Assembly: GCF_000341895.1 (NCBI RefSeq)
Contig: NC_020409.1
Coordinates: 1,860,001-1,892,000, forward strand
Source of the DNA: Pseudodesulfovibrio piezophilus C1TLV30
GTDB lineage: Bacteria > Desulfobacterota > Desulfovibrionia > Desulfovibrionales > Desulfovibrionaceae
Direction: 5' to 3'
Length of the DNA stretch: 32,000 bases
Positions within the stretch are counted from its first letter, which is position 1. Each line of letters starts with the position of its first letter. A model generated the notes under the pieces. It had not been told where the DNA came from. It did no database searches and saw only the letters and a program-made list of their open reading frames with translations. The position numbers and the translations under genes were made by a program. Shown one piece after another: positions 17,310 to 24,968 of the stretch.

Positions 17310-18500
17310 CTAGTCCGCTTCTTCCGACCGACGCCCCACACGCTTGGCAGGCCAGATACCTGCCGGGCGAATAAGCATCATCAAAGTCATGACACCTCCG
17401 AAAACAAGCATGCGATACAATTCGAATTCACGGAAAGCTTCGGGCAGAGCGACCAATGCAATAACGCCGAGAATGACACCTGGGATCGACCCCATCCCCC
17501 CCAGTACAACCATGGCCAAAACCATGGCGGATTCCAGAAAAGAAAAAGACTCAGGACCGACAAAACGCATCCGCGCAGCAAAAAAAGCACCGGCGAATCC
17601 GGCAAAGGTCGCCCCCATGCCATAGGCCAACAGCTTGAGCAAAAAAGTATTCACTCCCATCAACTCTGCTGCGGTTTCATCTTCTCGAATTGCTTCCCAG
17701 GCCCGTCCTATGCGTGAATGATTCAACCTGTAGACCGCCAGGATGGTAAAAACCGCAATGCCTAAAATAACATAGTAAAGAGAACTGAGGCTTTTGAATT
17801 GCACACCGAATATCTCCGGCCTCGGAATGCTCAAAATTCCATTGGGACCATTGGTCAATGCCATCCAGTTATTCAGAATAAGACGGACAATTTCACCAAA
17901 ACCGAGGGTAACAATAGCGAGATAATCCCCACGCATCCGCAGAGTCGGATAGCCGATGATACAGCCTGCGATAGCGGCACAAAGACCGGCGACTGGCAAA
18001 CAGAGCCAAAACGACATGCCGAAATGCAAGCTCAGCAGCGCATATGTGTAAGCACCCACCCCGTAAAAAGCGATGTAGCCAAGGTCAAGCAACCCGGCCA
18101 GCCCCACAACAATGTTCAATCCCAGCCCAAGACAAATATAAATGAGTACCGAAATGGCTACATCATGCGCATACCGCCCGGTCATCAGCGGAAACCCCAC
18201 GGCAATGGCGAGAACAACACCGAGCAACAGCCATCTCGGCAGTTTCTCATACAGCACCTGGACGCCACTCATCCCGGCTTTGACGGGAGTCCCGACACTG
18301 TCGAGGTATCCAGCTTCCTTGATTTGATAAAAAAACATGATGAAAACAGCGGCGACAGCCACATAGCCAAAGACTTTGAAGGTCGTGGCAAATTCCAACC
18401 CTTCCGGCTTAATGCCCAGCAAAGGCCACAGCAGGATGAGAAACCAGACAAGACCGACCCCGCAGGCCAGCCATAATTTCTTAGACTCGCGTATCGTCAA
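17310..18500 (-). CDS. livM: Branched-chain amino acid ABC transporter permease LivM
   Basis: Polytopic membrane protein with the LivM-type core (GLLDLGYIAFYGVGAYT ... GYPTLRMRGDYLAIVTLGFGEI). The likely TTG start at 18500 follows GGGAGAG. The track's 18545 is also a TTG and overlaps livH by 65 nt. Confidence 0.85.
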   Translation of the reverse strand: MTIRESKKLWLACGVGLVWFLILLWPLLGIKPEGLEFATTFKVFGYVAVAAVFIMFFYQIKEAGYLDSVGTPVKAGMSGVQVLYEKLPRWLLLGVVLAIAVGFPLMTGRYAHDVAISVLIYICLGLGLNIVVGLAGLLDLGYIAFYGVGAYTYALLSLHFGMSFWLCLPVAGLCAAIAGCIIGYPTLRMRGDYLAIVTLGFGEIVRLILNNWMALTNGPNGILSIPRPEIFGVQFKSLSSLYYVILGIAVFTILAVYRLNHSRIGRAWEAIREDETAAELMGVNTFLLKLLAYGMGATFAGFAGAFFAARMRFVGPESFSFLESAMVLAMVVLGGMGSIPGVILGVIALVALPEAFREFELYRMLVFGGVMTLMMLIRPAGIWPAKRVGRRSEEAD

Positions 18501-19383
18501 CGTTCTCTCCCATGATGCCGGTGGGGCGGAAATACAAGACAGCAATCAAAATGACAAAGGCAAAGACATCCTTGTATTCGCCGGAAATATATCCCGCCGC
18601 AAAAATTTCAACCATGCCGATTATGAGTCCACCGATCAGCGCACCGGTGATATTACCAATACCACCAAGAACCGCAGCCGCGAAGGCCTTGATACCGGGA
18701 ACAAAACCCATGGAGTAATTGACCGACCCGTAATAGAGCCCAACCATAATCCCGGCAGCAGCAGCCAGGGCAGCGCCCAGGGCAAAGGTCAGGGCAATGA
18801 TGCGATTGGAATTGATGCCAACCAGAGCGGACATGACCTTGTCCTGTGCTGTGGCTCGCATAGCCCGCCCGATACGGGTTTTGAAGACCAAAAGGTTCAG
18901 CCCCACAAGGAGAACGGCTGTCAGAACGACAATGAAGATTTGCATATAGGAGACTGAGACGAGGCCTATCTCAAAACCACCGGAAGTAATCTCGGTAGGA
19001 TATGCCTTGTCATACACTCCCTGAGTCAGCATCAACCCGTTCTGGAGAAAAATCGACATACCCAATGCTGCCAACAACGCAGCCAGACGCGAAGCCTGTC
19101 GGAGCGGCTTGTAGGCGAGCTGTTCCACTGCCATTGCGAGCAGAGCACAGTATCCCATTGACAGGACGAGAGATATGCCAAGACAGGCATAGGGGTTCAC
19201 CCCTTGTGCCGACAGATAGGAAATGAGGATAACCCCCATGTACCCACCTGCCGCAAAAAACTCGCCATGAGCGAAATTGATGAGCTGGATAATGCCGTAA
19301 ACCATGGTATATCCCAGAGCGATCAAAGCATAGACGCCACCGAGAGTGATACCGTTGATAAGCTGCTGAATGAAAAATTCCAT
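18481..19383 (-). CDS. livH: Branched-chain amino acid ABC transporter permease LivH
   Basis: MEFFIQQLINGITLGGVYALIALGYTMVYGIIQLINFAHGE is a canonical LivH N-terminus. Confidence 0.9.
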   Translation of the reverse strand: MEFFIQQLINGITLGGVYALIALGYTMVYGIIQLINFAHGEFFAAGGYMGVILISYLSAQGVNPYACLGISLVLSMGYCALLAMAVEQLAYKPLRQASRLAALLAALGMSIFLQNGLMLTQGVYDKAYPTEITSGGFEIGLVSVSYMQIFIVVLTAVLLVGLNLLVFKTRIGRAMRATAQDKVMSALVGINSNRIIALTFALGAALAAAAGIMVGLYYGSVNYSMGFVPGIKAFAAAVLGGIGNITGALIGGLIIGMVEIFAAGYISGEYKDVFAFVILIAVLYFRPTGIMGENVDDTRV

Positions 19384-19395
19384 ATGAATCCAATA

Positions 19396-19421
19396 CGGAG
19401 GCCCGCACGGGCAGGCCTCCG
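19396..19421 (-). other. GC-rich intercistronic stem-loop between livK and livH
   Basis: cggaggcc (19396-19403) pairs with ggcctccg (19414-19421), with possible inner pairs. There is no T-tract. It sits 21 nt after the binding-protein stop and 13 nt before the livH ATG. Confidence 0.5.
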
Positions 19422-19441
19422 GGGGTTAAGGTCGGGGAAGC

Positions 19442-20590
19442 CTAGTATTTCTCGCCGGAAAGGGAGTTCCAATAGGGGACAAACTTGCCATCCTTGATCT
19501 GGTAGACGGTATAGTTTGAACCGGAATCACCCTTTTCATTATAGGAAACCTGCTTGGAAGCACCGACGAAATCGACTTTCAACAGGGCTTCGCGAACCTT
19601 GGCGAAATCCGTGGTTCCAGCGGCTTTGACTGCCAACAGATAAGCCATGGTCGAGTCAAAAGAGTATGCAGAATAGGCCCCAGGCTCGTTTCCTGTGAGC
19701 GCTTTGTACTTGGTATAAAACTCCTTGTAGGCAGGAGCATCCTTGTCAATAGCGCCAAAGGTGCAGAACATGCCTTCGGCATCAGCCTTGGCTATTTCGA
19801 TGAGCTTGGGATGATACACGGCATCCTGTCCCATCAGTTTTGCAGTGATGCCCATACGTCTGGCCTGAATAACCATCAACGCACCGGTGGCGGAGTTTTG
19901 CAGAGAAATGTAGAGCAAATCAGGGTTGGCACCCTTGATCTTTGTCAAAACGGCGGAATAATCCTTGTCCCCCTGATTCACATGATCGTGCTCCAGCACC
20001 TCAATTCCCGCTGCCTTGGCGGCAAGGGCAACGCCTTCGGCCAATCCCTGAGAATAGGTGGTTTTGTCATCAACGATAAAGATGGTTTTGACGTTCTCGA
20101 CTTCCTTCATGAACTTGACGGCAGCCGGAGCCTGATGGTCATCACGACCACAGGTGCGGAACATGTTCGTCAGGCCGCGCTCAGTCACCTTGGGGCTTGT
20201 CGAGGCAGGCGTCAGCATGATGATATTTTCTTCGGCCAGGGTCTCGGATGCAGGGATGGTCGAGCTGGAGCAGTAGGCTCCGACAACGCCTACCACCTGA
20301 TCGTTGATCAGCTTGTTGGCAGAAGCGACAGCCTGCTTGGGATCACAGGCCGTGTCCTGCGGAAAGACCTGGATATCTGTGTACCCGGCAATTCCACCCT
20401 GTTCTTTCATGACCTCGATGGCGATCTCGGCCCCCTGGCGAATATCATTGCCATCCGCCGCATAGGGACCGGTCAAAGGTGACATGGTTCCGATTTTCAA
20501 AATTTGCTCGGCCTTTTTTTCTTCGCCGCAGCCGGCCAGGACCATGGTCATGACGGCAAGCACCGCGACCAAAGCAAGGATACGTTTCAT
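19442..20590 (-). CDS. livK: Branched-chain amino acid ABC transporter substrate-binding lipoprotein (LivJ/LivK family)
   Basis: Signal peptide with lipobox MKRILALVAVLAVMTMVLAGC. Type I periplasmic binding fold pattern (IGTMSPLTGPYAADG ... VVGAYCSS). ATG at 20590 follows GGAGAGAG. Confidence 0.9.
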   Translation of the reverse strand: MKRILALVAVLAVMTMVLAGCGEEKKAEQILKIGTMSPLTGPYAADGNDIRQGAEIAIEVMKEQGGIAGYTDIQVFPQDTACDPKQAVASANKLINDQVVGVVGAYCSSSTIPASETLAEENIIMLTPASTSPKVTERGLTNMFRTCGRDDHQAPAAVKFMKEVENVKTIFIVDDKTTYSQGLAEGVALAAKAAGIEVLEHDHVNQGDKDYSAVLTKIKGANPDLLYISLQNSATGALMVIQARRMGITAKLMGQDAVYHPKLIEIAKADAEGMFCTFGAIDKDAPAYKEFYTKYKALTGNEPGAYSAYSFDSTMAYLLAVKAAGTTDFAKVREALLKVDFVGASKQVSYNEKGDSGSNYTVYQIKDGKFVPYWNSLSGEKY

Positions 20591-20627
20591 GGACACTCTC
20601 TCCGTAGTTGCAGTTGAAGCCAGATAC

Positions 20628-21383
20628 TTACTGGCCGAGATATGCTTCAATCACAGCGGGATTTTTCTGAATTTCTTCAGGCAAGCCCTCCGCGATCATG
20701 ACACCGTGGTCAAGAACGACGATGCGGTTACAAATCCCCATGACGACTTTCATATCATGTTCGACCATGAGGACATTGATACCCAGCTGGGTTATACGCC
20801 CGATATCATGCATTAATTCCATTGATTCAGCCGGATTGAGTCCGGCAGCAGGTTCATCAAGCAGAATCGCGTGCGGCTCACTGGCCAATGCTCTGGCAAT
20901 TTCCAACCGACGCTGATGACCATAAGCCATATTGGATGCGACCTCGTCTGCGACAGAGCCAAGCCCCATGAATTCAAGCGCTTTCATTGATTTTTCAACG
21001 ATACGTTCCTCTTCTCGTTTCTGCGAAGGGCTTCGCAACACCGCGCCGACGACACCTTTGCTGGACCGACTGTGCTGCGCAACCATACAGTTTTCCAAGG
21101 CAGTCATGTTCTGGAAAAGCCGAATATTCTGAAATGTCCGGGCAACCCCCATGGACAAGACCTGATAAGGGCGGAGACCTGTTATGACCTTCCCGTCATA
21201 GCTCACTTTGCCGGATGAAGCCTTGTATACGCCGGTGATGACGTTGAAGACTGTCGTTTTACCCGCTCCATTGGGACCGATCAGTCCGACAACCTCTCCC
21301 TCCGAAAGAGAGAAGGAAACATCGGTCAGAGCTTGAAGCCCCCCGAAACGAACACAGATATCATCTAATACTAATTTTGCCAT
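20628..21383 (-). CDS. livG: Branched-chain amino acid ABC transporter ATP-binding protein LivG
   Basis: Walker A GPNGAGKTT, signature YGHQRRLEIARAL, Walker B ILLDEPAAGL. The N-terminal FGGLQALTDVSF is typical of LivG. Confidence 0.9.
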   Translation of the reverse strand: MAKLVLDDICVRFGGLQALTDVSFSLSEGEVVGLIGPNGAGKTTVFNVITGVYKASSGKVSYDGKVITGLRPYQVLSMGVARTFQNIRLFQNMTALENCMVAQHSRSSKGVVGAVLRSPSQKREEERIVEKSMKALEFMGLGSVADEVASNMAYGHQRRLEIARALASEPHAILLDEPAAGLNPAESMELMHDIGRITQLGINVLMVEHDMKVVMGICNRIVVLDHGVMIAEGLPEEIQKNPAVIEAYLGQ

Positions 21384-21810
21384 AACTACCCGATTTGAAA
21401 AGGAATGGCCCTTTACCCCGAGACATTCTTCTTCCCATGCAACAGACCCAAGGACCCGGAATCTGTTATTTTTCTATTTGAACGGTATCTTTTAACCCAT
21501 TTAAGAAAAAAAGTCTAATAAACGCGTAGAATGTTAATCTACCGACGAAAATTAATAAAGATTGCTTCTGAACAGAACATAATTGTCAATCCCCCCACAA
21601 AAACCACATATACATTGTAACAACTCCAATCAAACCGCATCAATAAAGGAATGTTGAGTCATAAAGGAGGATATTGTTCGACAGGGCAGCCTTTTAACGA
21701 ATAATATCCAAGAAAACCAATCAGATTTCTCTCATTGCCAGACAGCCCTTTCCTTGAGCCTCCGAATACGTTAGTTTTCAGGATCACCAACGAATACTCT
21801 GGAGTACATT

Positions 21811-22563
21811 ATGAGTAAAACAGTCTTCATCACAGGGGCGACTGCCGGATTTGGTAAAGCCATGGCCGAAAGATATGCCGCCGAAGGATGGCAGCTTATC
21901 GTGTCCGGGCGCAGAGAGGATCGCCTGGAAGAGCTCAAAGCGGAACTGGCACCAACGGCTGTTCACACAGTCTGTTTTGACGTCCGTGACAGGGAAGCGA
22001 CCCAGGCAGCGATAGCCGCCATTCCGCCCCAGTTCGCTGACATTGATGTGTTGGTCAATAACGCAGGGCTTGCCCTCGGCATGGAGCCTGTCCACAAATG
22101 CGATCTGGATGAATGGGATTGCATGATAGACACCAACATCAAGGGGCTGCTTTATGTGACCAGGACCGTTGTGGAAGGAATGGTCGAACGAGGGCGCGGG
22201 CATATTGTCAATCTCGGCTCTGTCGCTGGAACATACCCTTATCCCGGCGGGAATACATACGGCGCGACCAAGGCATTTGTGAAGCAGTTCTCCCTGAACA
22301 TGCGCGCAGACCTCCTGGGAACCCCTGTTCGCGTGACGAATATTGAACCAGGCCTGTGCGAATCCGAGTTCTCTGTGGTTCGTTTTCGTGGAGATGCTTC
22401 CATGGCGGAACAAGTTTACAAGGGCATGCAGCCTATTGTTCCCGAGGACATCGCCGAAATCATATACTGGGTCACCACATTGCCGCCTCATGTCAATATC
22501 AATGCGCTCGAAGTGATGCCAGTAGACCAGGCCTTCTCGCCTTTTGCCATCAACAGGAGCTAA
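21811..22563 (+). CDS. NADP-dependent short-chain dehydrogenase (YdfG-like 3-hydroxy acid dehydrogenase)
   Basis: TGATAGFGKA cofactor motif, NNAG, and catalytic YGATKAF. Length and the C-terminal region (EDIAE.I.W....P.HVNIN.LEVMP) resemble YdfG. Confidence 0.85.
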   Translation: MSKTVFITGATAGFGKAMAERYAAEGWQLIVSGRREDRLEELKAELAPTAVHTVCFDVRDREATQAAIAAIPPQFADIDVLVNNAGLALGMEPVHKCDLDEWDCMIDTNIKGLLYVTRTVVEGMVERGRGHIVNLGSVAGTYPYPGGNTYGATKAFVKQFSLNMRADLLGTPVRVTNIEPGLCESEFSVVRFRGDASMAEQVYKGMQPIVPEDIAEIIYWVTTLPPHVNINALEVMPVDQAFSPFAINRS

Positions 22564-22580
22564 CTTTACCAAAAGTAAAA

Positions 22581-22611
22581 AGGGCCGGAACACATGCTGT
22601 TTTTCGGCCCT
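22581..22611. terminator. Bidirectional terminator between the SDR gene and the diguanylate cyclase gene
   Basis: agggccg (22581-22587) pairs with cggccct (22605-22611). It is flanked by an A-run on the left and a T-rich tract on the right. Confidence 0.55.
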
Positions 22612-22621
22612 TCTTACTTTT

Positions 22622-23875
22622 TTACTTTTCCGGCTTCCTGCTTTTCTTTCTTTCTTTTTCTTGGGGAGATGCTTGCTCCAGAGAGGCGTTACTTTTCTTG
22701 ACCGTTTTTTTTTCATCCGGTCTGACGATACCTTTTTTTGAGGTTTTGCTCGCCATTTGCTTGGCAACTTTTTCCGAAAAAACGGTTATATAGTGTCCTG
22801 CCTTTTCTTTTGACACATACATAGCCTGGTCTGCCATACGCACGAGAAGCTCGACATCCATCCCACCATTCGGATCAAATTCGGCAATACCAATACTCAT
22901 GGTGACCGTACAATTCTCATCCATAAGGGTGAAATTCTCTGTCAGCCGCTTGCACACCAACCTTGCCATTTCCGCATTGGTTTGCGGCAAGAGCAAACAA
23001 AACTCATCTCCGCCGTATCGGGCTGCAACGTCTTCCTGTCTCGTGATACTTTCAAGTGATTTTGCTACATTAAGCAGAACAGTGTCGCCATACCTGTGCC
23101 CATGGATATCATTCGCCTGCTTAAACTTATCCAAATCTATATAGCACAAAGCAAACCGTTCAGCCCGACGTTGCCCTCTCGAAATTTCCATGCGCAAATA
23201 TTCGTAAAAACTCCGCTGGTTAAACAACCCAGTCATACCGTCACGCCGGGCCTGGTCCGCCAACTGCTGTGTCCGCACAGCGACCTGCTCTTCCAGTTCA
23301 CGTGTGTATTCCTCCAACTCTTCCTGCCCTCGCCTCACCTCGTTCATCAGTCCTTGAATGTAGGTATCAAAAACGAGAATCAAATCGAAGAGCATAAGTT
23401 TTTCCAAGGACTCCTGTTGAACTCGACAGGTCTTACAAACCAAGTCGTCTTTCGAATCATCTTTCGTATCGTCTCGGAGGTAATCACGAAGAATCATGCT
23501 CAATGTCTTGAATGCCGCGATATACAATTTGGGTGGAACTCCAATGCGCTTGTGAACCAAGCCGATGCGAAGCCGGGATTGAACGTATTCCATATCGTAC
23601 TGACCATCAAAGAGAGACCGGAGATATCCTCTGAGATGATTTTTCAGCCTGTAGAGACTTTCCGCATCCCCAATAACCTGAGAGACTCCTTCCAATCCCA
23701 CGAGCTTGTCATAAAATTTTTCGACAATGTCCACGAGGTTATTGGCTACCAAAGGTTTTATAGCCAGGAGGATTTTTGCATCCTCTTCTGTAATGAAAAG
23801 CAGGCCTTTCCTTTTGATAATTTCGTGATCAGTGATCCGTAACTGTTCATTGAGCGTGAGATCCGTGGGTTTCAT
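22622..23875 (-). CDS. Globin-coupled sensor diguanylate cyclase (sensor globin + GGDEF) with a Lys-rich C-terminal tail
   Basis: Sensor-globin signatures: IVEKFYDKL (B10 Tyr region) and RLRIGLVHKRIGVPPKLYIAAF (proximal His block). GGDEF domain: DGMTGLFNQRSF ... RQED-VAARY-GGDEF, with an RxxD I-site. The last 45 aa or so are Lys/Ser/Glu-rich. Confidence 0.85.
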   Translation of the reverse strand: MKPTDLTLNEQLRITDHEIIKRKGLLFITEEDAKILLAIKPLVANNLVDIVEKFYDKLVGLEGVSQVIGDAESLYRLKNHLRGYLRSLFDGQYDMEYVQSRLRIGLVHKRIGVPPKLYIAAFKTLSMILRDYLRDDTKDDSKDDLVCKTCRVQQESLEKLMLFDLILVFDTYIQGLMNEVRRGQEELEEYTRELEEQVAVRTQQLADQARRDGMTGLFNQRSFYEYLRMEISRGQRRAERFALCYIDLDKFKQANDIHGHRYGDTVLLNVAKSLESITRQEDVAARYGGDEFCLLLPQTNAEMARLVCKRLTENFTLMDENCTVTMSIGIAEFDPNGGMDVELLVRMADQAMYVSKEKAGHYITVFSEKVAKQMASKTSKKGIVRPDEKKTVKKSNASLEQASPQEKERKKSRKPEK

Positions 23876-24194
23876 GCGAGTTACTCCATAATGGAATTAA
23901 TGATAGAACGGACTTCAATCAGTTTCCAGTGGACGTCACAACAAACACACGACACACAAGAATGCCCTCGGGCTGACTGATTTCCCTCTATGGTAATTCA
24001 AAAATGATATGCCGCTCTTTTCAATTATATATATTATAAAGAATGTAATGACAGTTAATCCCTCATTTCCCATTCCTCTCCTTGAACAGAGTCGCGCCCG
24101 CAATCAAAGTATTCTCTTCCTAAAAAATAAACATAAAATGAGTTCCTTCCTTTTTTTAAAGTTCTTACTCACCCGGTATAAAAGGAATCTCTGT

Positions 24195-24228
24195 CATAAG
24201 AAAAGGCCCACACCGAAGTGTGGGCCTT
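24195..24228 (-). terminator. Strong intrinsic terminator ending the apr-qmo transcription unit
   Basis: Minus strand reads aaggcccacac ttcg gtgtgggcctt (11-bp perfect stem) followed by TTTTCTT, 31 nt past the stop at 24259. Confidence 0.8.
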
Positions 24229-24258
24229 GAAACCATGCGAATTATTTCAGAGACCGAC

Positions 24259-24918
24259 TTACCAGTCGCCACCGAAAGCGTCACCACCGAGTCCGAAGTC
24301 AGGTTCAGGCTCGCCACCGACATCAGGACCGGATGCCATGGCATCACCACCGGCTTCGGCTGCTGCACCTTCTGCTCCGGCAACACCGGCCACGACTACA
24401 CCCTGACTCTTGACCTTTTCGACTTCCGCCATCAGGTCATTGAGTTTCTGGGTCATTTCATCAAGCTTCTGAGAAGCAACAGTGACCTTGTTCTCGCCAG
24501 CGGCATTCGCAGCGGCAACGGTTTTGGCCTGGGCTTCCAGAGGATCAATCTTGGCAGCCAACTCTTCTTTTTCGGTCGTCAGTTTTGCAACTTCGGCCTT
24601 CAGAGCGGCGTTCTCTTCTTTCAATTTTCCCAGGATATCGAGGACAGCCTGTGCACGGGCAGCTTCGCCCTCAGGCAACGCCTCGATCTTGACCTGATTG
24701 CCGAGTTTGGCGATTTCGCCTTCAGCGTATTTGGTCAGTCCAGGCTCCTGCTCGTAAATCCAGGCTTTAGACAATGCCTGGGCAACGGGAGCAATGTCTG
24801 CATCCACAGTTTCGGTCTGAGTGATATAAGCCAGCATATCGAGCTGAGTCTGATCAGCAGCTTCGCCGCGCAGTACAGACACGAAAGCGTTCATGGGGTA
24901 AACCTTAGCTTCAGCCAT
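24259..24918 (-). CDS. qmo-operon-distal hypothetical protein (coiled-coil, acidic Gly-rich tail)
   Basis: 219 aa. AAGGAGG lies 6 nt before the ATG, which is 50 nt after the qmoC stop, and a terminator follows. The same position is occupied by a hypothetical gene after qmoC in Desulfovibrio vulgaris. I recognise no enzymatic motif. Confidence 0.75.
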   Translation of the reverse strand: MAEAKVYPMNAFVSVLRGEAADQTQLDMLAYITQTETVDADIAPVAQALSKAWIYEQEPGLTKYAEGEIAKLGNQVKIEALPEGEAARAQAVLDILGKLKEENAALKAEVAKLTTEKEELAAKIDPLEAQAKTVAAANAAGENKVTVASQKLDEMTQKLNDLMAEVEKVKSQGVVVAGVAGAEGAAAEAGGDAMASGPDVGGEPEPDFGLGGDAFGGDW

Positions 24919-24968
24919 TTGATGCCTCCTTAACTAAGTAAGCTTCTTTTGTATGTTCACCAAGGCGA

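Noticed and set aside
17108-17341. 65-77 codon Arg/Gly-rich frame in the livM-livF spacer
   Set aside because: No start has a functional SD spacing, and the composition is typical of a non-coding GC-rich frame. It is kept only as a remote possibility under the spacer finding.
21784-22767. 327-aa minus-strand ORF with a Lys/Arg-rich N-terminus
   Set aside because: It is antisense to the SDR gene, which has clear TGxxxGxG and YxxxK motifs. It spans the bidirectional terminator and its basic stretch simply mirrors the Lys-rich tail region of the neighbouring gene.
24220-24933. 237-aa plus-strand ORF overlapping the qmo-distal gene
   Set aside because: The minus-strand frame has a perfect SD, a downstream terminator and coiled-coil-like composition. 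The plus frame has no SD and low-complexity Phe/Gly/Leu/Ser content.
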